DNA of 63,818 bases, counting the filler, from Limisphaerales bacterium (GTDB lineage Bacteria; Verrucomicrobiota; Verrucomicrobiia; Limisphaerales; SIBE01), in NCBI GenBank assembly GCA_044225505.1. It is 3 parts of 3 records of this genome, joined end to end, with 100 filler letters (N's around TTAATTAATTAA, not from the genome) between each part and the next. Parts side by side here need not be neighbours in the genome. Positions count along the whole stretch, not along the records: positions 1 to 23,888 come from JBGAIN010000135.1; positions 23,989 to 50,955 come from JBGAIN010000136.1; 1 more part is not named here. One strand, given 5' to 3'. Of the stretch, positions 20,230 to 30,753 are shown piece by piece. Made by a program: the position numbers and the translations under genes. Position 1 is the stretch's first letter; each line of letters begins with the position of its first letter. The notes below the pieces were generated by a model. It was not told the origin of the DNA. It ran no database searches and saw only the letters and a list, made by a program, of their open reading frames with translations.

Positions 20230-21204
20230 CTAATCCAAAGCGATGCGAAACGCGCGGAATCTGCGCTCAGCCTCGGGAAGCGATTTGCAGTCCTCTCCCC
20301 GAACCTGTAGTGCCCCGTCGTCGCTCAACATCAAGAAATCAGGTCGAGTGCCAGAGTCATGAAAGCAAATGCCTTCCAGGCTTAGTCCAGAGAGAGCGAT
20401 CCCTTCGACTGGGCTAGGCTTGGCGGCTATTCCGTCCCACACAAACAAACGACAGTCTTCCTGCCGGTCGATCGGCCCAGCCATGATATAGTGACTCCGG
20501 CCGGCTGAGCCTATCCCGCGAAAGCCGAGACCTCCGAGATCGAGGAGGAGCGGATCGCCAAATTTAGGTTGGGATCCGGAGACCACAGCGACTGGATTTA
20601 GGAGTGGAATGGCCAGGGCTTTTCCATTAGGCACGGGGTTACGAAAACCGATAAGTAAACGGCCGTCCGTTAAATCTGTGAGCGCCTCAATATTAAGACC
20701 ACCAGGTGTTTTGGGCGCGAGTTTGGCGCTTTCTTCCAGGCGAAATTCTGCGAGGCGAGGTTCGCGGATGAGATCTTGGACCAGATTTGTATACGGCTTG
20801 CCTGAAGGCACAATGGCGATCGTCGAGTTGGTTTGCCGAATCTCGAAAGCGAAGAGTCGATGCCGGTACGGCGCCGCTTTACCTGTCGCATTGCGGCCGT
20901 GCGAACTGATGCAGAAGATCCGATCACCGAGACGTGCCATTCCTTCGAGATCGGTTTCCGGCGCTTTCCGTTTCCCAGTGAGAAGAGGGTTCAGACTATG
21001 GGTTGAAGCGGGAGGACCCGGCTGACTAAGGCGGTAAATGCGCAGGAGATTATCTTCGTCGTTGGCGACGGCGAAAGCGTCGTCGTTCAAGGCGACGGCC
21101 GCGGAAGCATCGCACATCCCCCAGAAAGTGACAGGCTCGCTCAGGGAAGCAGCGGATGCGTTATTAATCAAGACAACCCCTAAAAGGAGTAAGAACCGGC
21201 TCAT
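20230..21204 (-). CDS. Exported DUF3616-like beta-propeller protein
   Basis: Signal peptide; CDASAAV, VANDEDN, DLEG, SHGRN, GGLNIEAL and IGFRNP motifs. Confidence 0.7.
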   Translation of the reverse strand: MSRFLLLLGVVLINNASAASLSEPVTFWGMCDASAAVALNDDAFAVANDEDNLLRIYRLSQPGPPASTHSLNPLLTGKRKAPETDLEGMARLGDRIFCISSHGRNATGKAAPYRHRLFAFEIRQTNSTIAIVPSGKPYTNLVQDLIREPRLAEFRLEESAKLAPKTPGGLNIEALTDLTDGRLLIGFRNPVPNGKALAIPLLNPVAVVSGSQPKFGDPLLLDLGGLGFRGIGSAGRSHYIMAGPIDRQEDCRLFVWDGIAAKPSPVEGIALSGLSLEGICFHDSGTRPDFLMLSDDGALQVRGEDCKSLPEAERRFRAFRIALD

Positions 21205-21645
21205 CCCATTTCATACCTCTGCTTTCGCCTGAGTCAAGGGGACTTGGTCCACCACTTCGTAAAGATGTCCTTGCCAGCGGCTTGCCTCGTCGCGGCGTAA
21301 AAGCCGCTCCTTCGTTCGGCAGAGAACGATCAAACTAAAGCAAACCGCGAGAGTGGCTTGCTTGGGAAGATCTAATGCTGAAGGCTTATTGTTGGGGCGC
21401 AGCAAGTGATTTAGAAGCCTTCTATGCCATACGATGAGGCAACCTTGACCGAGCTCGGCGAAGCTCCATTTTCCGAAGATAAAAAGCGTAAATCAATGTT
21501 GCGAGAGGCGAGTCCTCCAGAAACATCAATGCCCGCGTTGTCGGACCGATTCATTCCGACCGGGCCGCGAGGACATCGGCATCTGGTTTCGGGGAGTTTC
21601 GTGAGCGCGTCTCGATGCGCTTCGGTTCTGACGCCGGTTGCTTTC

Positions 21646-23013
21646 ATGGTTAATCTAACGCGGCGCTTGTTTACCGGGTGGAGGTCGATGCCCACAGGCA
21701 GATTGCGCCGCACGCAAAACGATTCTCATGGCGCGTGCCCTGGAAGCGAGGACTCCGAACAAGAAAAAGAGTTTGCGCATTTAATGCTCGTCAGCGAAGC
21801 GCGGCGGTTTGCGATTCTTGCACGGCTACTCACGGGGTTGACTGGGCTGGTGGCCGCGTTCGGAGTGGTGGCCTATGGGCGAGGGGTAGTTCCCGCTGGT
21901 TACAGCTGGATTCTGATGATCAGCAGTCTTGCCTGTACTTATGAGTGGGTCGCCAGTTGGTATATCGCAGAGGCAGTGCGACGGAGATTGGAGCCTGCAC
22001 GATTCCGATTCTACCTTAACGCGCTGGTTGAATTAAGCATTCCGGTGGCCATGACAATGATTGCAGCAGCCTATACCAACCCAGCCCACGCCCTGGCGGG
22101 ACCCGCCAGCTACAGCTATTTCTTATTTATTACCCTGTCGGCTCTGCGGCTCGACTTCTTTCTCTGCCTTTTTACGGGCGTTATGGCCGCTCTAGCCTAT
22201 TTCTCTATTGGCATGATGCACTGGAGCAGCCTGCAACAGGCATCCTCCGAGCCGGCCTTGACTCTGCAATTCAGCCTGTTTGTGCGATCGCTCCTCTTTG
22301 CTCTGGGCGGACTGGTCGCTGCCTTGGTCAGCCTTCGAATCCGGGTTTCGTTGATGGACACGCTCCGGTCGATGCGGGAACGCGAGCGAGTGATTGGTCT
22401 CTTTGGTCAGCACGTGTCACAGCAAGTGGTCGATCGGTTGCTCTCTCAACCTGCCGATGATCCGCCTCATTTGCGAGGCGTCTGTGTCCTCGTTCTGGAT
22501 CTTCGGAGTTTCACGACATTTGCTGAAAAGCGCTCACCCAAGGAGGTGGTCCTGCTGCTGAACGCCTTGTGGGATTTCATGGTCCGCGCCGTGAACGAGA
22601 ATCATGGATTTATCAATAAGTTCCTCGGCGATGGCTTTCTCGCTGTCTTTGGCGCTCCGTTTTCTGCCGGCAATGACTGTCAAAATGCGGCCCACGCGGC
22701 CTGCCGGATCTTGCGTGAATTAGATGAGCACTCTCGCAGCGGAGCGTTGCCTCCAATCCAGGTAGGCATGGCGATTCACGCTGGCAACGCCATCGTAGGC
22801 AACATTGGCTCGGCGGAGCGCAAGGAGTATACGGTCATAGGCGACGTGGTAAACGTCGCCTTCCGGTTGGAAGCATGCAACAAAGAGTTCGGCTCACGGT
22901 TGCTCGTGTCGGAGCCTGTGTGGACATCGGTTGCGGGGATCGGAGGAGAATCCGTAGGGAAGATTGGCGTGCGAGGCCGAGAGGAGCCTATCGAAGTCTT
23001 CCAAATTGCCTGA
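21646..23013 (+). CDS. Membrane-bound class III adenylate/guanylate cyclase (start uncertain)
   Basis: About six TM helices, then VLVLDLRSFT, NKFLGDG and EYTVIGDVVNVAFRLE. Confidence 0.9.
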   Translation: MVNLTRRLFTGWRSMPTGRLRRTQNDSHGACPGSEDSEQEKEFAHLMLVSEARRFAILARLLTGLTGLVAAFGVVAYGRGVVPAGYSWILMISSLACTYEWVASWYIAEAVRRRLEPARFRFYLNALVELSIPVAMTMIAAAYTNPAHALAGPASYSYFLFITLSALRLDFFLCLFTGVMAALAYFSIGMMHWSSLQQASSEPALTLQFSLFVRSLLFALGGLVAALVSLRIRVSLMDTLRSMRERERVIGLFGQHVSQQVVDRLLSQPADDPPHLRGVCVLVLDLRSFTTFAEKRSPKEVVLLLNALWDFMVRAVNENHGFINKFLGDGFLAVFGAPFSAGNDCQNAAHAACRILRELDEHSRSGALPPIQVGMAIHAGNAIVGNIGSAERKEYTVIGDVVNVAFRLEACNKEFGSRLLVSEPVWTSVAGIGGESVGKIGVRGREEPIEVFQIA

Positions 23014-23103
23014 GTTCAAGAGAAGGCCTGACAAAAACCCTCAGATTCGGGCGCTCGGATGTTGGTTCCGAGCGCCGTGGCTCGCAATCCCTGGCGGGTT
23101 TGC

Positions 23104-23888
23104 TCAATCGCCGAAGAAAGGAAAGAGTCGAGTCAGCTCTTGTTTGTCAGGTTTTCGCCCGTACTCACAAATCTCAAAGGCTTCCGCGAACTTAACGGCT
23201 TCGCCTCGAGCCGTGCCGTATTTCTTAACCAGGAGATGACGGAATCGCTTTGCCGTGGCGGCAAAGGCGGCGCCCCAATCATCCCGGACCGCTTTAACCC
23301 GAGCTGCAACGGCGTTCGAATTGGTTGGATCCGGGACGAGGGCTGGACTGCCGTTAGCCCCACCTTCGTAAAATTGGGATTCCAACGCGTCGACGGCCGC
23401 CAGTTTCTTTTCGATGACGTCGTCAATCGAAACGACCACGTCGGCGGTAAATGGATTCGGTCGTTGGAATTCGTCCTCGGAAAAGAGAAAGACCGGGTTT
23501 TTGGTCAAATAGGGCACGTCCGGACAGAAGAATGGCACGGTCACCATGTAAGCCGCATCCATGACGAGAACCCCAACGTAGCGGTGATCCGGATGGTAAT
23601 CATTGGGTCGATGGCTGATCACGATGTCTGCTTCCCACTCACGGATAAGCCGGCAGATCGCACGCCGGTTTTCCATGGTCACCATCAGCTCTCCATCGTG
23701 AATGTCGAGAATCTCGGATTGGTTTCCCAGGATCTGAGCACATTTCTGCACTTCTGCGGCCCTGCGCCGCGCGAGGGGACCGCCTGCCATTTTCCAATGG
23801 CCAATGTCGCCGTTGGTGCAAGAGACGAACTTCACGTGATGCCCAAGAGCCGCCCATTTTGCAGCGGTACCACCGGCGCTCAGCTCAC
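23104..23888 (-). CDS. PIG-L/LmbE-family deacetylase (5' partial at contig end)
   Basis: ELSAGGTAAKW, TNGD, RRAAE and DYHPDHR motifs; frame open up to the gap. Confidence 0.85.
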
Positions 23889-23988
23889 NNNNNNNNNNNN
23901 NNNNNNNNNNNNNNNNNNNNNNNNNNNNNNNNTTAATTAATTAANNNNNNNNNNNNNNNNNNNNNNNNNNNNNNNNNNNNNNNNNNNN
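23889..23988. other. Artificial contig-joining spacer
   Basis: N-run with a central TTAATTAATTAA (stop codons in all frames). Confidence 0.98.
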
Positions 23989-25117
23989 CATTGCGAGCGC
24001 GGCCGGCAAAAAGCCCAGCCAGCTGGCCTTCGACGGCCTGCACGACACCTTCAATTGGCAATTCGGAGAAGCGGATCCCGAGATTCTGCGCCAATGCGGC
24101 CGCATCCGTTAAGCTGCCGGAACTGGAGAATTTGGAAGGCATCGCGACACCCATCACGTTTTCCGCCCCCAGGGCGTCAACCGCCAAGACGGCCGTCAAG
24201 GCGGAGTCAATTCCGCCGGACAACCCGACGACGACGGACTTGAAGTTGCACTTGCGAACGTAGTCTCGGATCCCCATGGACAAAGCGCGGAAAAGTTGCT
24301 CTTCGGGCGTTGGCCAGGTGACCGCCGCCCGAGCAGGAACCGTCTCGCCTTTGGCCCCGATGTCAACGACGAGGACGTCTTCGGCAAAACCTGCGCCAAT
24401 GGCAATAAGTTCACCCCGGGAATTCAAAGCGATGCTATGCCCGTCGAAGATTAATTCGTCGTTAGCCCCGACGAGATTTACTTGCACCAGCGGGACCTGC
24501 TCGTCCTTGGCGACCTCCTGCAGCATGGCCAATCGGGTATGTTCCTTGCCCACAAACCAAGGTGATGCCGACAGGTTGATGATCAGATCCGCGCCCTGCG
24601 ACAATAGTTCTTTGACGGGATCTCGGCCATAGAGACGTTCCGGCCAAAAATCCTCGTCATTCCAAACATCCTCACAAATGGTGATGGCCAGGAGACGATC
24701 TTGGAAGGGAACCACAGCGACCGAGGTAGCCGGTTCGAAGTAGCGCGCCTCGTCGAAGACGTCGTAGGTCGGCAACAAAGACTTGTGGATACGCTGGACA
24801 ATGGCGCCGTTCTGCAGGACGGCCGCAGAATTACGCAAGGGCTTCCCGGGTCGGGTCGCATTTTCGTCCACGAAGCCGACGCAGAGCGGGACAGGCCCAA
24901 CTTGCTGTGCGGACTGATCGAGCGCAGCCAGGTTCTGACGAATGAAATCGGTCCGAAGGAGCAGGTCTCGTGGAGGGTAACCGCAGATAAACAGTTCGGG
25001 AGCGACGACAAAATCCGCTCCCATTTGACAGGCGCGCTGATAACCCTCAATCAGTTTGCGCACGGCCCCGGCGAAATCGCCGATCGTTGAGTTCAGCTGC
25101 AGAATGCCAACTTTCAC
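23989..25117 (-). CDS. nadE: Glutamine-dependent NAD+ synthetase (3' partial)
   Basis: Nitrilase domain (PEL, K.LLPTYDVFDE, ICED) plus GLSGGIDSA ATP-binding motif. Confidence 0.93.
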
Positions 25118-25215
25118 GTCGCCAATGTAACGAAAGCCTCAGCCCTGCCGCAAGCTATGGCTGACCGGAAGCCCAGAAGCAAGTTCACGCCGGTTGGCTC
25201 GGTGAAGCGGCTCGT

Positions 25216-25998
25216 TCATGGCGACTTACCAAGCAGTTGGTTCAATTTGTCGCGGTAGTTCCGGCTTAAGTTCAATCGGGCGCCATTCTTTAAAATCACA
25301 ACGTAGTCCCCGTGAAACATCGGCTGCATTTCTTTGATACGTTCAATATTTACGATCGTCGATCGGCTGATCCGCAAGAAAAGTGAGGGAGGGAGTTTTG
25401 CCTCAAGTGATGCCATCGTCTCACGATGGAGATGCTCATCCGCGCCCACATGAACACTGACATAGTTGTCGGCCGCTTCGATCCAGTCGATATCGTCGAT
25501 CTTGAAAAACAGAACCCGGCCCTCCGCTTTGATGGCCAGTCGATCCAGGTACTTAGATTCGGCTTTCTCGGGTTTGAGATCAGTGATCAACGACGAAAGG
25601 CGCTTGCTCAGATCACCGGTCTGACGCTGCTGGACAAGGGTACGAGCGCGCTCCAGCGCTTTTTGAAATCGTTCCCGATCAAACGGCTTTAGAAGATAGT
25701 CAAGTGCGTGGACTTCAAACGCCTTCAGGGCAAAACGGTCATACGCCGTCACAAAGACGATCGCTGGAAGCGGATCCAATTGAAGGCCGGCGACCACGCC
25801 GAAGCCATCGAGTTCGGGCATCTGCACGTCGAGAAAAATGAGGTCCGGCCGATTTTGGTTCGCCAGTTCTAGCGCCTCGTGACCGTTCGAAGCTTCCCCG
25901 ACCACCTGAATGTCCGACTCGGCTTCGAGTAGTTTGCGGAGTCGCTCCCGCGCCAGAGGTTCATCATCAACAATGAGCGTTTTCACTTTCATAGTCAC
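25216..25998 (-). CDS. LytTR-family response regulator
   Basis: IVDDE, FLDVQMP, VFVTAYD and DYLLKP receiver motifs; C-terminal LytTR domain (FLRISRSTIVN). Confidence 0.93.
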   Translation of the reverse strand: MTMKVKTLIVDDEPLARERLRKLLEAESDIQVVGEASNGHEALELANQNRPDLIFLDVQMPELDGFGVVAGLQLDPLPAIVFVTAYDRFALKAFEVHALDYLLKPFDRERFQKALERARTLVQQRQTGDLSKRLSSLITDLKPEKAESKYLDRLAIKAEGRVLFFKIDDIDWIEAADNYVSVHVGADEHLHRETMASLEAKLPPSLFLRISRSTIVNIERIKEMQPMFHGDYVVILKNGARLNLSRNYRDKLNQLLGKSP

Positions 25999-26013
25999 AT
26001 CGCGATTCGCGCT

Positions 26014-27120
26014 TCATTTCGAGTCGGCCACGAATCGGCAAGGAATGGCCACGTGCACAACCAAGCCTCCCTCAGGCGCGTTGTGGAACTCAAACCGATA
26101 CCGCGAGCCGTAAAGTTCTGCTAACCGAGCCCGCGTATTGGACAGTCCCACTCCTTCCTCCGGAACCGTGTTGCCATTCTTCAATCCGCCCCCATTATCA
26201 CGCACTTCGAGGTGGAGAAGACTTTGCGCCCGGCTCGCCGAGAGTTTGATTTCACCAGTTCGAGCATGCGGCTCGATCCCATGACGAATCGCATTTTCGA
26301 CGAGCGGTTGCAGAATCAGGTTGGGGACTTGAACGTCCAGCAGATCCGACGCTATCTCCTTGCGCACGAGCAGTCGGTCGCCAAAACGGGTCTGCTCGAT
26401 TTCCAAATATCGCTCCAAGAAGGCCAGTTCCTGCCGGAGCGGAACTTCCTGGGCATCGGTGCTTTCCAAGGCATAACGTAGTAGATCACTCAGGCGAGCG
26501 ATCATACGGTCCGCAGCTTCCACATCTTTGTGCATCAATGCGGAAATCGCGTGGAGCGTGTTGAATAGAAAATGCGGATTCAACTGCATTTGGAGCGCCT
26601 GCAATCGAGCCTGCGCCAAATGGCGTTCTAGCTCGGAGGTGCGCAGTTCCCGTTCTTGAACCTCACGATAGTACGTAAAGGCATGACCCACCGCAACGAT
26701 CACCCCATAGATCAGGAAATTGAGGTGAAAGGATTTGACCAAAAGGGGCTGGAACGCTTCTCCAAAATCGGCCGGGTGCCCATTGATCGAGCCCTGCACC
26801 TGCGCTGCCCACGCGCGCAATACGATAAACAGAAACGAAAATACCGCACCCGCCACCAGATGCAGTGGAATGTTCACTTTCCAGGTGCTGAGATGCACGG
26901 GAAACCGCCTGGACAACGCGGCCACTGGAATGGACAGCAACGCAAATACATACCAATCCAAAAGTGCGTAACTAACCGCGTCCCACCAAAAAACTGGACG
27001 ACCCAACCGTGAGTTGGAGATATAGAATTGGGCGGCAAAGGAAAGACCAATGGCGGTCCATAGGCCAAACAACAACATCCACCGAACCGATCGGCGACGG
27101 ATGATCGGTTCTGGAGTCAT
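26014..27120 (-). CDS. LytS/YehU-type sensor histidine kinase
   Basis: TM helices; QLNPHFLFNTL, LQPLVENAIRHG, DNGGG and GVGLSN. Confidence 0.93.
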   Translation of the reverse strand: MTPEPIIRRRSVRWMLLFGLWTAIGLSFAAQFYISNSRLGRPVFWWDAVSYALLDWYVFALLSIPVAALSRRFPVHLSTWKVNIPLHLVAGAVFSFLFIVLRAWAAQVQGSINGHPADFGEAFQPLLVKSFHLNFLIYGVIVAVGHAFTYYREVQERELRTSELERHLAQARLQALQMQLNPHFLFNTLHAISALMHKDVEAADRMIARLSDLLRYALESTDAQEVPLRQELAFLERYLEIEQTRFGDRLLVRKEIASDLLDVQVPNLILQPLVENAIRHGIEPHARTGEIKLSASRAQSLLHLEVRDNGGGLKNGNTVPEEGVGLSNTRARLAELYGSRYRFEFHNAPEGGLVVHVAIPCRFVADSK

Positions 27121-27183
27121 ACGGCCGAGAACGGGATTTCAGCTTTAAAAGCGCTCACTTCTGCGAGATACTTCGACCATCCT

Positions 27184-29076
27184 ATGCCGAAAGATCCGGT
27201 GGAGAAAGCCAAGAATTCTGCGGAGGCCAGCCCGCCCCAGCCCCAGATCGCGGCCGGAAGCCGGGTAAGCTCTCCTGCGTCTCACGATGGCTCTCCCTGG
27301 AAAGGTTGGTCCATCTTGGTCGGCGGTCTTATTGTTTTGGCTGTGGCAGTCCTGTTTTGGGCGAATCATGCTCGTCTCAAAGGCTTTGCCACCGCCAAAT
27401 CGCCGGTCGGCATCGACAAAGCGCTGCTTCGCCAAGTCCCGAATGCTCGCTTCACGGACATTACCAAGTCCGCCGGAATCGACTTTGTCCACAATAACGG
27501 TGCCTACGGGGAAAAGCTCTTACCGGAAACGACCGGTGGCGGCTGCGCCTTCTTTGACTTTGATAACGACGGGGCTCCCGACATACTTTTCGTGAATTCG
27601 ACATCTTGGCCTTGGCACGACCCGGGTGGCACCGCCGCAACCCGGCTTGCCCTCTACCGAAACGATGGCAAGGGGCATTTCAAAGACGTGACGCCGAATT
27701 CCGGCCTCGATATCAGCGTTTACGGAATGGGTGTCGCGGTTGGGGATTACGACAACGATGGCTGGGTCGATGTCTTTGTCTCGGGCGTCGGATTGAACCA
27801 CTTGTTCCGCAATCTCGGCCAAGGCCGCTTTTCAGATGTGACGCAGGCCGCTGGCGTGGGCGGAACACCTCAGCAATGGAGCACCAGTTGCGCCTGGTTG
27901 GATATAGATAACGACGGGGACCTTGATCTCTTCGTGTGCAATTATGTGAATTGGTCCTATCAGATCGATCTGGAGGTCAACTATCAACTCCCAGGCATCG
28001 GCCGGGCCTATGGCCCACCCATGAACTTCGTCGGAACTTTTCCCTACCTTTATCGAAATGATGGAGGCGGGCATTTCACCGACATCTCTGCCACAGCTGG
28101 CATTCAAATCCAAAAACCGGGCACTCAACTGCCCATGGCAAAATCGTTGGGTGTTGCTCCCGTCGACCTGGATGGCGACGGTTGGATCGACCTCATCGTC
28201 GCCAATGACACCGTGCAGAATTTCGCTTTCCAAAACCAGCGGAACGGAACGTTTAAGGAGGTCGGTGCCGTGCGTGGCCTGGCTTATAGCAGCTTCGGTG
28301 GAGTTCGCGGTGCCATGGGAATCGATTCCAGCCGGTTCCGTGACGACAATAATCTGGCTATTGCCATCGGTAATTTCGCCAACGAGATGACAGCCCTTTA
28401 CGTCAACCAGCGTGATCCTTTCGTTTTTACGGATGAGGCCATTCAGCAGGGGATCGGCACGGCCAGCCGAGAACGGTTAACGTTCGGCGTCTTCTTCTTT
28501 GACTATGACCTGGATGGGTGGCTGGACCTCCTGACCGCCAATGGCCATATTGAACCGGACATCGCAGCGGTGCATGCCAACCAGCAGTACCGCCAGCCCG
28601 CGCAGCTTTTCTGGAATGCCCACGACACCGGCCACATCCCAGCTTTCGTTCCCGTGCCGACCGAGAAATGTGGCGCGGACCTGTTAACGCCGATCGTCGG
28701 GCGCGGCTCGGCCTATGCTGACCTCGATGGTGACGGAGATCTGGACGTCGTGTTAACCCAGATTGGCGGTCCCCCATTGCTGCTTAGAAACGACCAAACG
28801 CTCAATCACCACTGGATTCGCTTCAAACTGGTCGGCAAAGAGTCTAACCGGGACGCCATTGGATCCTGGGTGAAACTACGAATTGGCAAGAAGGTCCTTT
28901 CGCGCCAGGTCATGCCAACCCGCGGCTTCCTCTCGCAATCGGAGCTTCCCGTCACCTTCGGATTGGCCGATGCCAAACTCGTTGATGAAGTGACGATTGT
29001 CTGGCCCGGCGGGAATCAGCAGCGACTCACCCAGGTTCAGGTGGACTCGCTGAATGTCATCGAGGAAAAACACTGA
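27184..29076 (+). CDS. CRTAC1-like FG-GAP repeat / ASPIC-UnbV protein, membrane-anchored
   Basis: Repeated DxDxDG.xD motifs; C-terminal SNRDAIG...SQSELPVTFGL...WPGG. Confidence 0.88.
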   Translation: MPKDPVEKAKNSAEASPPQPQIAAGSRVSSPASHDGSPWKGWSILVGGLIVLAVAVLFWANHARLKGFATAKSPVGIDKALLRQVPNARFTDITKSAGIDFVHNNGAYGEKLLPETTGGGCAFFDFDNDGAPDILFVNSTSWPWHDPGGTAATRLALYRNDGKGHFKDVTPNSGLDISVYGMGVAVGDYDNDGWVDVFVSGVGLNHLFRNLGQGRFSDVTQAAGVGGTPQQWSTSCAWLDIDNDGDLDLFVCNYVNWSYQIDLEVNYQLPGIGRAYGPPMNFVGTFPYLYRNDGGGHFTDISATAGIQIQKPGTQLPMAKSLGVAPVDLDGDGWIDLIVANDTVQNFAFQNQRNGTFKEVGAVRGLAYSSFGGVRGAMGIDSSRFRDDNNLAIAIGNFANEMTALYVNQRDPFVFTDEAIQQGIGTASRERLTFGVFFFDYDLDGWLDLLTANGHIEPDIAAVHANQQYRQPAQLFWNAHDTGHIPAFVPVPTEKCGADLLTPIVGRGSAYADLDGDGDLDVVLTQIGGPPLLLRNDQTLNHHWIRFKLVGKESNRDAIGSWVKLRIGKKVLSRQVMPTRGFLSQSELPVTFGLADAKLVDEVTIVWPGGNQQRLTQVQVDSLNVIEEKH

Positions 29077-29110
29077 CGCCCCGATCGTTCAGGCTCCTGC
29101 TAAAACATTG

Positions 29111-29143
29111 AGTGCCAAGAGCCTCCGATTGTCTCTTGGCACT
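29111..29143 (-). terminator. Hairpin between convergent genes, likely intrinsic terminator
   Basis: AGTGCCAAGAG-11 nt-CTCTTGGCACT perfect 11-bp stem, with a T-rich tail on the minus strand. Confidence 0.7.
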
Positions 29144-29154
29144 ACCCCAGTCGC

Positions 29155-29481
29155 TTACTTCTTGAATGTCCGGATGTGAGCCAGTAGGGCTTTGATATCG
29201 GCGTCGCTCAGATCGGCAAAGCCTTTCATCTTTGTCTTGTCCCCGTCTTTCTTCCCTTCCTTGATAATCTTGATCATTTCGTCGTCCTTCAAGCCCGCTT
29301 GGACTTTGGCGTCGGTATAGTCTTTGACTTCAAGCTTCTTTCCCATCTTGGTGTCGCCCTTGCCATCAGCCCCGTGGCACTTAGCGCATTGTTTGTCCCA
29401 AACCTCCTTGACATCCGCCGCCTGCGCCGCAGCGGCCAGACCCAAGAGACCAAGAGTAACCAGTAGAAGTGTTTTTTTCAT
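29155..29481 (-). CDS. Small basic monoheme cytochrome c
   Basis: Signal peptide, CAKCH, distal Met (KMKGF), Lys-rich. Confidence 0.92.
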   Translation of the reverse strand: MKKTLLLVTLGLLGLAAAAQAADVKEVWDKQCAKCHGADGKGDTKMGKKLEVKDYTDAKVQAGLKDDEMIKIIKEGKKDGDKTKMKGFADLSDADIKALLAHIRTFKK

Positions 29482-29671
29482 AAGTGTCTGTTTGACGATC
29501 GAACGCTCGGAAATATTTCTTTCCGGAGACTGGGGGGGAACCTAAGGCTTGCCCTGCGACACCGGCTATACAGAAGTTGCTCACTCTTCACCCTCTATTG
29601 ACTCCCGCGTCAACGATTCTAGCCACTAATAGAGCCGAATGGTCTTGACTATCAGCCACATATAGGCTCAA

Positions 29672-30577
29672 ATGGCACTGCCAGTCAGCGAACCGGCTAT
29701 GAGTCTTACAACTCCTGAACCTGACCACGCCGCTGCAGATTTGTCCGCTTCGGGAGCGGAAGTCGGCCCACCCAGCCGGGCTGAGACACCCAAGGTCAGC
29801 CAAGCGGCCGTGACGCCGGTCCGGCGAATTTACATTGTTGAAGAGCACCCCGTTGTAATCCGTGGATTAATGAAGCTCTTCAGCGAAGAACCCCGCTGGC
29901 AGATCTGCGGAACAACTTCCAACTACGGAACAGCCCTAGAGGAGATTGAGGGTATTCAGCCAGACTTGGTCATCGCGGATCTCAACCTAAAAGGACGGAG
30001 CGGTTTGGATCTAGTCAGGAAGCTTCGGCGGTTGCGACCGCGTCCACGGACACTCATTTTCTCGACATCGGATGAATGCCTTTATGCGTTTCGCGCGTTA
30101 CGGGCGGGAGCATCTGGCTACGTAATGAAGATCGAGAGTCGTGAGACGGTGCTGATGGCCGTGCGTCAGATCTTGGAGGGTCGCACCTATCTCAGCCCAG
30201 GCTTAATTGCGCAACGAGCCGCTGCGGAAAAGCTAAGCCCATTCTCTACGATCGCAGAGCGACTGCAGCACTTAACGAATCGTGAACTAGATGTTCTTCG
30301 GCTCATTGGACAAGGCCAAACCACCCGAGAGGTGGCGCAGTTGCTAGGGTTGAGCATCAAGACAATCGGATCACACCGCGCGAACATTATGGCTAAGCTC
30401 GGGCTGACGACCGCCAGCCAGCTGGTGCAACATGCCATTGAGTTTGGCGCCCAGGAGCCTTGCTCGGACATCCTCCCTCCCGCCCCTGCGCGAGGCCCAC
30501 GCAAGAAGCCGAATGCAAATCTCATCCAAGTCCTTCCAGATAACGAGGATTACTTCGTCGAAGAAACAACCGGTTAG
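29672..30577 (+). CDS. NarL/LuxR-family response regulator
   Basis: Receiver IVEEHP..ADL..K, then LTNRELDVLRLIGQG LuxR HTH. Confidence 0.88.
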   Translation: MALPVSEPAMSLTTPEPDHAAADLSASGAEVGPPSRAETPKVSQAAVTPVRRIYIVEEHPVVIRGLMKLFSEEPRWQICGTTSNYGTALEEIEGIQPDLVIADLNLKGRSGLDLVRKLRRLRPRPRTLIFSTSDECLYAFRALRAGASGYVMKIESRETVLMAVRQILEGRTYLSPGLIAQRAAAEKLSPFSTIAERLQHLTNRELDVLRLIGQGQTTREVAQLLGLSIKTIGSHRANIMAKLGLTTASQLVQHAIEFGAQEPCSDILPPAPARGPRKKPNANLIQVLPDNEDYFVEETTG

Positions 30578-30753
30578 AGCATTTTTGTCGAATCGCTGAC
30601 CTGCGTTGGTCAGCAATGAGTCACAGGTCCTCCAAGCCATCGGAGAGTCCTGAGCGTATGTGTTGTCTCGACGCCACAGGGTGAGTGTGTTGAACCCCGG
30701 ATTGGTTTCCGTACCAGGCGCGCTTGAATTCTGCCTGCGGACGCCAAGCTCGC

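Noticed and set aside
23889..23988. TTAATTAATTAA palindrome within N runs (also at 50956-51055)
   Set aside because: Artificial contig linker; ORFs crossing it and gene adjacency across it have no biological meaning
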